Shown here piece after piece: positions 7,605-15,716 of a stretch of DNA of 17,297 nucleotides. Within the stretch, counting starts at the first letter, position 1, and every line of letters starts with the position of its first letter. The position numbers and the translations under genes are program-made. Below the pieces are notes generated by a model. It did no database searches. It had not been told where the DNA came from and worked only from the letters and a program-made list of their open reading frames with translations. The stretch is from contig JBGQHJ010000105.1 in assembly GCA_041497895.1 (NCBI GenBank), positions 1 to 17,297 of the forward strand, written 5' to 3'. This DNA comes from Candidatus Methylomirabilia bacterium. GTDB lineage: Bacteria > Methylomirabilota > Methylomirabilia > Rokubacteriales > CSP1-6.

Positions 7605-8316
7605 GCACGAACTCCTCGCCGAGGTAGGCGTCGACCACGCGGGGGTCGCGGCTGATCGCCCGGGGCGGGCCCTCCGCGATCTTCTCGCCGTGGTGGAGGA
7701 CGATGATCCGCTGTGCGAGGCGCATCATCGCGGCCATGATGTGCTCGATCACGATGAGGCCGAGGCCGTCGGCGTGCAGGCGGCGCAGGATCTCGATCAT
7801 CTCGACCAGCTCGGTGGGGTTGAGGCCGGACATGACCTCGTCCAGCAGCAGGAGACGGGGCTGGGTGGCGAGGGCCCGGGCCACCTCGAGGCGCTTGCGC
7901 AGGCCGATGGGCAGCGAGCGGGCCCGGCTCTCCGCGAAGGCCTCGAGCCGGCACGTCGCGATCACCCGGCGCGCCGCCTCCCGCGCCGCGCCGACCGCGT
8001 GCACGCGGGTCAGCGCCCCGATCATCACGTTGTCGAGCACCGAGAGGTTGCCGAAGGGCTTCACGAGCTGGAAGGTGCGGGTGAGCCCGAGGGCGCAGAC
8101 GTGATGGGGAGCCAGGCCGGCGATGTCTCGCCCGTCGAGGCGGACGGTGCCGGCGTTGGGGGCGTAGAAGCCGGAGATGACGTTGAAGAGCGTGGTCTTG
8201 CCCGCCCCGTTGGGCCCGATGATGCCGAGGATCTCCCCGGGCGCCGCGCGCAGGCTGACGTCCTTGACCGCGGTGAGTCCGCCGAAGCGCTTGGTGACCG
8301 CCTCAAGCTCGAGCAT
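7591..8316 (-). CDS. livG: Branched-chain amino acid-type ABC transporter ATP-binding protein (LivG-like)
   Basis: KRFGGLTAV, GPNGAGKTT, TRTFQ, LLLLDE, IEH, DPRVVDAYLG. Confidence 0.93.
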   Translation of the reverse strand: MLELEAVTKRFGGLTAVKDVSLRAAPGEILGIIGPNGAGKTTLFNVISGFYAPNAGTVRLDGRDIAGLAPHHVCALGLTRTFQLVKPFGNLSVLDNVMIGALTRVHAVGAAREAARRVIATCRLEAFAESRARSLPIGLRKRLEVARALATQPRLLLLDEVMSGLNPTELVEMIEILRRLHADGLGLIVIEHIMAAMMRLAQRIIVLHHGEKIAEGPPRAISRDPRVVDAYLGEEFVLADA

Positions 8317-9274
8317 AGCGTCCCATCGCGCGCAGCCGCTCCCCGATCCAGCCCACCAGGCCCTGGGGAACGAAGCGCACGACCACGATGAGGAGGCAGC
8401 CGTAGATGATCAGGTAGATGCCGATGAGCCCCGCCTTGAAATCGCTGAACGTCGCGCGCAGGTAGGTCTCAAGCGAGGTGATGAGGAGCGAGCCCACGAA
8501 GGGACCGATCGCGGTGCCGATGCCGCCGATGATGCTGTTGAGCGCGAAGCGAATCGAGAGGTCGACCGAGAAGACGTAGAACGGGTCCACGAAGCCCACG
8601 TACTGGGCCCAGAGGCCGCCGCACACCGAGGTGAGCGCGGCGCTCGCCGCGACCGCCGCGACCTTGAGGCGCCGGCACGGGATGCCGAGCGCCTCCGCCG
8701 CGTCCTCGTCCTCGCGCACCCCGGCGAGCTGGTAGCCGGGCCGCGAGGTCTCGAGGTAGCGCGCGACCAGGTAGATGCCCACCGCGAGGGACAGCACCAG
8801 GTAGACCCACGGCACCTTGGACTGGAAGCCGAGGGTCGCGAAGCCGGGACGGAACGGCACCGGGATGCCCTCCGAGCCCGAGGTGACCGCGCGCCAGCGG
8901 CTGGCCAGGATCAGCAGGACCTGGGAGAACGCGATGGTGGCGAGGCCGAAGTAGGGGCCCTTGAGGCGGTTCGCGAGGTAGCCGATGACCAGGCCGGCCA
9001 CGGTCGCGAGCAGCGCGCCCACCAGCAGGCCGAGCCAGGGCGACTGGTTCCACCGGGTGGCGAGCAGGGCGGCCGAGTAAGCGCCGAGCCCGAAGAACGC
9101 GGAGTGGCCGAGCGAGACCTGGCCCGCGTAGCCGCCGGCCACGTTCCAGGCGCCCGAGACCGCGCCCCAGAGGAGGATCAGGATCAGGCTGTCGAGCAGG
9201 AAGCCGTCGCGGGTCACGACCGGGGCCAGCGCGGCGGCCCCGAAGAGGATGAGGGCGGGGAGGTCGCGCTTCAA
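8303..9274 (-). CDS. livM: Branched-chain amino acid-type ABC transporter permease (LivM-like), ~323 aa
   Basis: C-terminal part of ORF 8303..11119: WNVAGGYAGQVSLGHSAFFGLGAY, RLKGPYFGLATIAF, REDEDAAEALGI, IIGGIGTAIGP. Probable TTG start at 9274, just after the livH stop. Confidence 0.9.
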   Translation of the reverse strand: MKRDLPALILFGAAALAPVVTRDGFLLDSLILILLWGAVSGAWNVAGGYAGQVSLGHSAFFGLGAYSAALLATRWNQSPWLGLLVGALLATVAGLVIGYLANRLKGPYFGLATIAFSQVLLILASRWRAVTSGSEGIPVPFRPGFATLGFQSKVPWVYLVLSLAVGIYLVARYLETSRPGYQLAGVREDEDAAEALGIPCRRLKVAAVAASAALTSVCGGLWAQYVGFVDPFYVFSVDLSIRFALNSIIGGIGTAIGPFVGSLLITSLETYLRATFSDFKAGLIGIYLIIYGCLLIVVVRFVPQGLVGWIGERLRAMGRYARA

Positions 9275-9279
9275 GTGGG

Positions 9280-10161
9280 TCAGGCCCCCAGGTTCTCGGC
9301 CCCGCGCTGGCCGAAGAGGCCGGCGGGACGGAACACGAGGACCGCGATGAAGAGCACGAAGTAGATCACTTCCTTCCACGCGCTGCCCAGGTAGTAGGAG
9401 CCGAGCACCTCGACGCCGGCCACGATCAGGCTGCCGAGCAGGGCGCCGATCATGTCGCCCAGGCCGCCCAGCACCACCACCACGTAGGCGAGCAGCACGA
9501 ACTGGAGCCCGGCGGTGGGATACACCGAGTAGAGCGGTGACATCAGGACCCCCGCGATGCCGACGCACACCAGGCCGATGGACCACGCGAGCCGGTAGAC
9601 CCGGTCGGTGTCGATGCCCATCAGGGTCGCGGCCTCCACGTCCTGGGCGGTCGCCCGCATGATGCGCCCGGCCCGCGTCCACTTCATGAACGCCACCAGC
9701 GCGGCGGTGAAGAGCACCGCCACCAGGAACGCCACCACCTGGGAGAGGTTGAAGGCCGCCTCGCCGATCCGGATCACCACCGCGGAGTGCCACGGCCGCA
9801 CGAAGCGGAAGTCGCCGGTCCAGGCCACCAGGGCCACGTTCTGGAGCGCGGTCGACAGCCCCACGGTGGTGAAGATCTGGACGTTGTGGCTGGCCTTGAT
9901 GACCCCGCGCATGACGAGGGCGTAGGTGAGGAGCCCGATGACGAAGAAGATCGGCACCGCGCCCAGCAGGATCACGTAGGGGTCGAGCCCCCACAGGGTG
10001 AACGACCAGAAGGCGAGGTACATCCCCAGCATCAGGAACTCGCCGTGGGCGAAGTTGATCACCCGCATGATGCCGAAGATCAGGGTGAGGCCGACCGCGA
10101 TGAGGGCGTAGACGCCCCCCAGGAGCACGGTCGAGACGACGAGCTGCGGGACGGCGCCCAC
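9280..10161 (-). CDS. livH: Branched-chain amino acid-type ABC transporter permease (LivH-like)
   Basis: GGVYALIAVGLTLIFGIMRVINFAHGEF, GRIMRATAQD, VVVLGGLG; multiple hydrophobic segments. Confidence 0.93.
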   Translation of the reverse strand: MGAVPQLVVSTVLLGGVYALIAVGLTLIFGIMRVINFAHGEFLMLGMYLAFWSFTLWGLDPYVILLGAVPIFFVIGLLTYALVMRGVIKASHNVQIFTTVGLSTALQNVALVAWTGDFRFVRPWHSAVVIRIGEAAFNLSQVVAFLVAVLFTAALVAFMKWTRAGRIMRATAQDVEAATLMGIDTDRVYRLAWSIGLVCVGIAGVLMSPLYSVYPTAGLQFVLLAYVVVVLGGLGDMIGALLGSLIVAGVEVLGSYYLGSAWKEVIYFVLFIAVLVFRPAGLFGQRGAENLGA

Positions 10162-10176
10162 CGGGCGCGGGGTCCG

Positions 10177-11463
10177 CTACTTGCGCTGGTCCCAGGGGCC
10201 GAGCGGCATCCACTTGGCCCGCTGGGTGGAGAACTCCTCGGGCCACACCGTCACCATCTGGCCGTTCTGCCACTGCAGCATGTAGTGCTGCACGCGCTCG
10301 TTGGCGTTCTGCCCGTTCTCGGCGAACTTCACGCCCCAGCCGTTCAGCATGCTGCCCACCGGCAGGTCCATCGACATGACCGCGGAGCGGAACTTCTCGA
10401 GCTCGTCGGTCTTGGCCTGGTCGAGCACGAGCTTGAGCAGCCAGAGGCCCGCTCCCGCGAGGCGGTGGCTCGCGTAGGGCTCGTTGCCGGCCCGCTTCTT
10501 CACCGCCTCGGTGAAGTCGCGCTCGAGCTTCTGGGCCTCGGGGCGGAAGGCGTCGAGGCGCAGGCCGGCGGCGGGCTCGGCGAGGACGAAGGGGCCGTTG
10601 CCCTCGGCGCCCAGGGCCTTGCCGAAGTCGGGGGAGCCGTACCCGGTGGCCCCCGCGTGCACGAGGGCCTTGAACATGAAGTTCTGCTCGCGCGACTGCC
10701 GCCAGAAGAGCACCGCGTCGTTGCCCCGGGCGATGTGGTGGACCACGTCCGGGTTGAGCTGCTTGAGCTTGGCCACGATCGGGGAGAAGTCGTTGGTGGA
10801 GGCGAAGGCGTAGTACTCCATCGCCACCTCCTGCATCCCGAAGTCCTTCTTGGCCCGCTCGCGCGCCGCCTCGGTGACCCCCTGGCCGTAGGAGGAGTCC
10901 TCGGAGAGGAACGCGATCTTGATCTGGTTCGGCTTCAGGTTGAAGCGGGGGGCCAGGTGCTTGGCGATGAACTCGATGTTGTACCAGCCGAAGCCGGTGC
11001 CGTCGATCTCGGTGCGGAACACGTTCTTGAGTCCCCGCTTCGCGTACCGCGGGTCCACGCAGGAGGACTCCCAGTAGATCACGTTCTGCCGCGAGGCCGC
11101 CTCGCTCGCCGCCCCGCACAGGGTGGAGGAGTAGGTCCCGGTGATGATCTTGACGCCTTCCCGCGTGATCAGGCGGTTGGCCTCGCTCCCCGCCGCGGTC
11201 GGATCCACCGCGTCCCCCACCACGAACACCAGCTTCTTGCCCATGACCCCGCCGCGCTCGTTGATCAGGTCGCGCATGATCTCGTAGCCCTCGAGGTGCC
11301 GCTTGCCCTCGAACGCCAGCGGGCCGGTCAGCGGCTCGAGCACGCCGATCTTGTACTCACCCTGGAGCGCCTGGCCCTCGCTGCCGCGGATCAGCGCGGC
11401 CGAGACCAGGGTGACGGCGACGAGTAGCACGATGGCGGTCAGGCGCGCGCGGTGCTGCGACAT
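10177..11463 (-). CDS. ABC transporter substrate-binding protein (LivJ/LivK-like periplasmic binding fold), 428 aa
   Basis: Signal peptide followed by KIGVLEPLTGPLA, INERGGVMGKKL, EDSSYG, DFSPIVAKLK. ATG 11463 has an AGGAGG Shine-Dalgarno (11471-11476), so it is preferred over 11508. Confidence 0.92.
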   Translation of the reverse strand: MSQHRARLTAIVLLVAVTLVSAALIRGSEGQALQGEYKIGVLEPLTGPLAFEGKRHLEGYEIMRDLINERGGVMGKKLVFVVGDAVDPTAAGSEANRLITREGVKIITGTYSSTLCGAASEAASRQNVIYWESSCVDPRYAKRGLKNVFRTEIDGTGFGWYNIEFIAKHLAPRFNLKPNQIKIAFLSEDSSYGQGVTEAARERAKKDFGMQEVAMEYYAFASTNDFSPIVAKLKQLNPDVVHHIARGNDAVLFWRQSREQNFMFKALVHAGATGYGSPDFGKALGAEGNGPFVLAEPAAGLRLDAFRPEAQKLERDFTEAVKKRAGNEPYASHRLAGAGLWLLKLVLDQAKTDELEKFRSAVMSMDLPVGSMLNGWGVKFAENGQNANERVQHYMLQWQNGQMVTVWPEEFSTQRAKWMPLGPWDQRK

Positions 11464-11498
11464 GAGGGCTCCTCCTCGGAAGTGGGGGTGGCTCGGCA

Positions 11499-11528
11499 GT
11501 TCTAGCACCGCGGGCGTGGCGGTGTCAA
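11499..11528 (-). promoter_or_regulatory. Putative sigma70-type promoter for the ABC/amidohydrolase operon
   Basis: Reverse strand reads TTGACA-18 bp-TAGAAC with an extended -10 TG (TGcTAGAAC). The -35 is perfect and the -10 imperfect. Confidence 0.5.
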
Positions 11529-11539
11529 CGGGCGGACGA

Positions 11540-12505
11540 TCATTGCTGCTGGTCCTGGGCCGCGATCTCCTCGGCGGCCTGCCGGAGCCGGTCCCCGCGG
11601 CGCTCCGGGACCTCCCGGTAGACCGGCACGTCGATCTGCTCCATCTCCTCGTGCAGGGCCGAGATGTCCTTGGGGGTCGCCTCCTGCGTCCGCACCTCGG
11701 TGCGCAGGGTCTCGTCGGCGTTGCCGCGGTAGATGCCCTTGTTGGGGGGCACGTCGTCGTAGTGGCGGCCGTGGGCGACCACCACGTAGCGATCGCTCAC
11801 CTCGCGATTGTGGGTGGGATCGAAGGGCACCCAGCCGAGGGTCGGCGAGTGGAACTCGATCCAGGCGTGGCTCTGCGCCGCCTCCCCGTCGCGCGGCAGG
11901 ACGTGGAGGTAGCCGCTCACGTAGCGGCAGGGGATCCGGCGGAGCCGCAGCAGGCCGAGCATCAGGTGGGTGAAGTCCTGGCAGACCCCGGCGCCCAGCG
12001 CGAGGAAGTCGTCGGTGGTCGAGTCGTAGCGGGTGACGTTCTTGCGGTAGGTGAAGTGCGCCCGGATGTGTCGCCCGCAGGCCCGCACCACCTCGCCGAG
12101 GGTCGCGGTCGGGGCCACGACCACGCCCTGGGAGAACTTCCGCATCGCCGCGCCCGGGCGCACCGGGCCGTCGAAGGCGAGGAAGTCGAGCAGGGGGTAG
12201 GGCGGCTCCGGGAGCGGGCGGACGTCGGTCACCGAGTCCAGGGCGGGGGCGACCGGGTGGGTGCTCACCGCGGAGCGGGCCACCACCTCGATGCGGTCGT
12301 GGAAGTGCACGATCGTGAAGTGGTGCACCGCGTTGCCGTTCCAGTCGCGGTACCGGGAGATCTTGGTGGGCGGCCCCACCGCGAGCACGAAGGACGAGAG
12401 GGTCTGGTCCGCGGTGGTCTTCGGCTGCATCCGCAGCTCGAGGAACGACTCCCGGATGAAGGCGTCGTAGCCGAGCGAGAGGGTGTGCTCGATCTCGAGG
12501 AACAC
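11540..12505 (-). CDS. Transglutaminase-like protein (bacterial N-terminal domain + core) with acidic C-terminal tail ending QDQQQ
   Basis: N-terminal EIEHTLSLGY...ELRMQP...DWNGN; Cys-His-Asp triad motifs GVCQDFTH, SHAWIE, WVPFDPT; RYVSGYL; GRHYDDVPP. Confidence 0.92.
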   Translation of the reverse strand: MFLEIEHTLSLGYDAFIRESFLELRMQPKTTADQTLSSFVLAVGPPTKISRYRDWNGNAVHHFTIVHFHDRIEVVARSAVSTHPVAPALDSVTDVRPLPEPPYPLLDFLAFDGPVRPGAAMRKFSQGVVVAPTATLGEVVRACGRHIRAHFTYRKNVTRYDSTTDDFLALGAGVCQDFTHLMLGLLRLRRIPCRYVSGYLHVLPRDGEAAQSHAWIEFHSPTLGWVPFDPTHNREVSDRYVVVAHGRHYDDVPPNKGIYRGNADETLRTEVRTQEATPKDISALHEEMEQIDVPVYREVPERRGDRLRQAAEEIAAQDQQQ

Positions 12506-12511
12506 GGGCGC

Positions 12512-13471
12512 TCAGCTCCCGAAGTACACGGTGGAGAGCGCGTCGTGCGCGCGGCCCAGCTCGGTCAGCACGTGGTCGAGAAAGGGCAGGATCTGCCCGT
12601 CGCGGATCAGGTCGTGGCCCTGGTAGGAAAGCTCGGCGGCCAGCTTGCCCACGATGCGCGCGGGCTGGCTCAGCTCGCTCGCGCTCGAGATGCGGTCGAG
12701 GTGCTCCTTGACCGCGCTCGCCCCGTAGCGCACCGAGCGCGGGCTCAGCGGGTCGAAGAGCAGGAACTGCAGCACGTCGATCGGCTCGAGGCGGGCCCCG
12801 AAGACCTTGCGGTAGTTCTCGAGGCAGGAGAGCCCGCGCAGCAGGCTGCGCCACTGGCTGTAGAAGAGGGGCAGGTCGACCTTGGGCTCGGCGGAGACGA
12901 GGGCCGGCAGCTTGGCCCGGAGGATGATCACGGTGCGAAACACCCGCTCGAGCGACTCGCCCAGCTTGAGGAAGAGCCAGCCCGCGTCGCGGGGAAGGGT
13001 GTGCTCGATGGCCCCCACCGTGCTCATGAGCCCGCGATGGGTGGACTGCATCGCACTGCGGAAGGTGGCGGGGTCGACGAGGTGACGGCGGCTCACGCCC
13101 TCGAGCTCCCGGTAGGTCTCGTTCAGGTTGATGAAGACCTCCAGGGTGAGCGCCTCGCGCACCGAGCGGGCGTTGTCGCGCGCCTTCTTGAGCGAATGGA
13201 AGACCGAGAAGCGGTTCTCCTGGTCGATGGAGAGGCCCAGCAGCGAGGCGGAGGCGAGCGCGGCGAGATGCCGGAACGGCGGCTCGCTCTCCGGGAAGCC
13301 GGGGAAGATGGCCCGCAGGTCGTGCCACGCGGCGCGGGCCAGCGCCTCCTCGAGCCCGAGCACCTCGGTGGAGAGCTCCTCGGTCACCAGCAGGAGCCGG
13401 GTGGTGTTCTCGGCGCGCTCCAGGTAGCGCCCCATCCAGTAGAGCCCCTCGGCGACGCGGGAGAGGATCAT
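12512..13471 (-). CDS. Alpha-E domain protein (DUF403-like), 319 aa
   Basis: C-terminal part of ORF 12512..14899: MILSRVAEGLYWMGRYLERAENTTRLL, ARDNARSVRE, second ER repeat WLFLKLGESLER, FLLFDPLSPRSV. ATG 13471 overlaps the ATP-grasp stop (ATGA). Confidence 0.92.
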   Translation of the reverse strand: MILSRVAEGLYWMGRYLERAENTTRLLLVTEELSTEVLGLEEALARAAWHDLRAIFPGFPESEPPFRHLAALASASLLGLSIDQENRFSVFHSLKKARDNARSVREALTLEVFINLNETYRELEGVSRRHLVDPATFRSAMQSTHRGLMSTVGAIEHTLPRDAGWLFLKLGESLERVFRTVIILRAKLPALVSAEPKVDLPLFYSQWRSLLRGLSCLENYRKVFGARLEPIDVLQFLLFDPLSPRSVRYGASAVKEHLDRISSASELSQPARIVGKLAAELSYQGHDLIRDGQILPFLDHVLTELGRAHDALSTVYFGS

Positions 13472-14904
13472 GCGTCGCGAGGGGCCAGCACCCAGGTGTC
13501 CTTGCTGCCGCCACCCTGGGAAGAGTTGACGACGTAGGAGCCCGGCCGCAGGGCCACGCGGGTGAGCCCGCCGGGCAGCACCCGGATGCGATCGCCGTAG
13601 AGGATGAACGGGCGGAGGTCCACCCGACGGGGCTCGAACTTGCCCTCGACGTGGGTGGGGTGCGTCGACAGCTCCACGAGCGGCTGGGCGATGTAGTTGC
13701 CGGGGTTCTTCTTCATGGCGGCCAGGTAGGTCTCGCGCTCCTTGGCCGAGGCGAAGGGCCCCATCAGCATGCCGTAGCCGCCCGCGTCGCCGGTGGTCTT
13801 CACCACGAGCTGGTCGAGGTGCTCCGCGATGTACTTGAAGTCGTCCTTCTTGTGCCCGAGGTAGGTCGGCACCTGGGGCAGGAGCGGCTCCTCGCCGAGG
13901 TAGTACTTGGTGAGGCGGGGCATGTAGGCGTAGACCGACTTGTCGTCGGCCACCCCCGCGCCCGGGGCGTTGGCGAGCGCCACGTTGCCCTCGCGGTAGA
14001 CGTTGAGCAGCCCGGGCACGCCGAGCATGCTGTCGCGCCGGAAGGCGAGGGGATCGAGGAAGTCGTCGTCGATCCTCCGGTAGATCACGTCCACCTGGCG
14101 CTTGCCGTGGGTGCGGCGCATGAAGAGGTGGTTGCCCTCGACCAGGAGATCGCGCCCCTCCACCAGCGGCACGCCCATCTCGCGGGCGAGGAAGGAGTGC
14201 TCGAAGTAGGCCGAGTTGTGGATACCCGGGCTCAGGATCACCACCACCGGGTTCTGCCCGCGCCGGGGGGCCACGAAGCGCAGGGTCTCGAGCAGCAGCG
14301 TCGGGTAGTCCTTGATCGGGCGCACCGGGTAGGCCCCGAGGAACTCGGGGAACACCCGGCTCAGGAGGTTGCGGTTCTCGAGCACGTAGGAGACGCCGCT
14401 CGGCACCCGGCAGTTGTCCTCCAGGACGAGGTACTCGCCGCGATCGTTGCGGATGATGTCGGTGCCCACCACGTGGGTGTAGATCTTGCGGGGCGGGACC
14501 AGGCCCAGCAGGGCGCGCTTGTACTCCTTGCGCGAGAGGATGAGCTCGGCGGGGATGACGCCGTCCTTCAGGCACTTCTGGTCCTGGTAGACGTCGGAGA
14601 GGAAGAGATTCAGCGTGGTGATGCGCTGGATCAGCCCGTCCTGGATCCCCTTCCACTCCGCGGCGGGGATGATGCGGGGGACGAAGTCGAAGGGGAAGAT
14701 GCGCTCGAGCCCGTCCTTCTCGCCGTACACCGTGAAGGTGATGCCCTGGTTGCGCAGGGTGAGCTGCTGCAGGCGCTCCCGGCGCTCCACGTCCTCCTTG
14801 GTGAACGACTCCAGGATCGAGATCAGCGCCGCGTAGTGCGGTAGGGCCCGTCCGCGCGCGTCGAAGACCTCGTCGAAGCCGTGCTTGGGCGTGACCCACT
14901 TCAT
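13468..14904 (-). CDS. Circularly permuted type-2 ATP-grasp protein (putative peptide/amide ligase)
   Basis: GITFTVYG, ERIFPFDFVPRII, VLEDNCRVPSGVSY, NSAYFEHSFLA, VDVIYRRIDDDFLDP, NAPGAGVADDK, GGYGMLMGP, VNSSQGGGSKDTWV. GAGGAGG Shine-Dalgarno upstream. Confidence 0.95.
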   Translation of the reverse strand: MKWVTPKHGFDEVFDARGRALPHYAALISILESFTKEDVERRERLQQLTLRNQGITFTVYGEKDGLERIFPFDFVPRIIPAAEWKGIQDGLIQRITTLNLFLSDVYQDQKCLKDGVIPAELILSRKEYKRALLGLVPPRKIYTHVVGTDIIRNDRGEYLVLEDNCRVPSGVSYVLENRNLLSRVFPEFLGAYPVRPIKDYPTLLLETLRFVAPRRGQNPVVVILSPGIHNSAYFEHSFLAREMGVPLVEGRDLLVEGNHLFMRRTHGKRQVDVIYRRIDDDFLDPLAFRRDSMLGVPGLLNVYREGNVALANAPGAGVADDKSVYAYMPRLTKYYLGEEPLLPQVPTYLGHKKDDFKYIAEHLDQLVVKTTGDAGGYGMLMGPFASAKERETYLAAMKKNPGNYIAQPLVELSTHPTHVEGKFEPRRVDLRPFILYGDRIRVLPGGLTRVALRPGSYVVNSSQGGGSKDTWVLAPRDA

Positions 14905-14930
14905 GCGCGCCGGGCCTCCTCGGGACCTCG

Positions 14931-14986
14931 AGCCTCTCGTGGCGGGCCCCCGGGTGTCAAGACGGCGCGTGCGCGCGTGCTAGACT
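14931..14986. promoter_or_regulatory. Divergent promoter region between the ATP-grasp operon and the NUDIX gene
   Basis: Minus strand: TTGACA(14955-14960)-18 bp-GAGGCT, a weak -10. Plus strand: extended -10 TGcTAGACT (14978-14986), 10 nt before ATG 14997. Confidence 0.4.
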
Positions 14987-14996
14987 GATCGGCGCC

Positions 14997-15572
14997 ATGG
15001 CCGACGAGCCGCACCCGCCGCATCGCCACCTCACGCCGGAGACGATCCGGTTCTGCGCGCTCTGCGGGGCCGGGCTCGAGCTCCGGCCGATCGGGCCGGA
15101 GAAGCGCCCGGAGATGGTCTGCTCGGCCTGCGACTTCGTGTTCTACGTGAACCAGAAGGTGGTGGCCGGCACGATCCCGTGGCAGGAGGGCCGTCTCCTG
15201 CTCACCCGGCGGGCGATCAATCCCGCTCACGGCAAGTGGACCTTCCCGGGCGGCTACGTGGACTGGGGTGAGACGGTGGACGCGGCCGCGCTCCGCGAGA
15301 CCTGGGAGGAGACCGGCCTCACCGTGGAGCTGGGCGGGCTGGTCGGGGTCTACTCCTACCCCAACGCGCCGGTGGTGATCGTCGTCTACGAGGCGCGGGT
15401 GCTGGGTGGCGCGCTCACGCTCTGCCACGAGAACGACCGGCTCGAGTGGGTCAGCCCCGCGGAGATCCCTTGGGAGGAGCTGGCCTTCCCCTCCACGGTC
15501 GCGGCGGTGCGCGACTTCCTCGCGCGGCCGGGCAACGGCAGTCACGCGCAGGGCAACGCGCTACCCACGTGA
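14997..15572 (+). CDS. NUDIX hydrolase with N-terminal zinc ribbon
   Basis: RFCALCG...VCSACD (two CxxC pairs), GKWTFPGG and Nudix box GYVDWGETVDAAALRETWEETGL. Confidence 0.92.
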   Translation: MADEPHPPHRHLTPETIRFCALCGAGLELRPIGPEKRPEMVCSACDFVFYVNQKVVAGTIPWQEGRLLLTRRAINPAHGKWTFPGGYVDWGETVDAAALRETWEETGLTVELGGLVGVYSYPNAPVVIVVYEARVLGGALTLCHENDRLEWVSPAEIPWEELAFPSTVAAVRDFLARPGNGSHAQGNALPT

Positions 15573-15706
15573 CGCCAGTGTCACGGTCGCCCGTCCGGTG
15601 ACCACCCTCTCGCCCTTCTGATTCTCGGCCCACCGCTCGAGATCGCGCGCGGCCGGCCGCTTCTCGAGCACCCGGTCACGTCCATGTTCACGCGGATCGC
15701 CATCAT
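15561..15706 (-). pseudogene. Frameshifted C-terminal remnant of a hotdog-fold (MaoC-like) protein
   Basis: Reverse strand reads MMAIRVNMDVTG, then after a frameshift VLEKRPAARDLERWAENQKGERVVTGRATVTLASRG*, resembling the final beta-strands of MaoC-like dehydratases (..V.EK..L..W.ENQ.GE.V..G.A.V.L). Confidence 0.55.
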
Positions 15707-15716
15707 CGTCGTCGCC

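Noticed and set aside
9275..11119. Long N-terminal extension of ORF 8303..11119
   Set aside because: Arg/Pro/Gly-rich off-frame read-through over the livH-like and binding-protein genes; only the last ~323 aa are a permease.
11303..13537. 744-aa plus-strand ORF and similar long antisense ORFs (2352..4277, 4925..6757, 9787..11427, 13651..14844)
   Set aside because: No recognisable motifs, and each lies opposite or out of frame with a well-supported gene, as expected when stop codons are rare at high GC.
13472..14899. Apparent 795-aa alpha-E fusion (ORF 12512..14899)
   Set aside because: The upstream part is an alternative frame of the ATP-grasp gene. Alpha-E begins at the canonical MILSRVAE (13471).
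15635..15669. GCTCGAGA...TCTCGAGC inverted repeat between convergent genes as an intrinsic terminator
   Set aside because: No U-tract on either side, and the arms are explained by two palindromic CTCGAG (Leu-Glu) codon pairs in the gene remnant.
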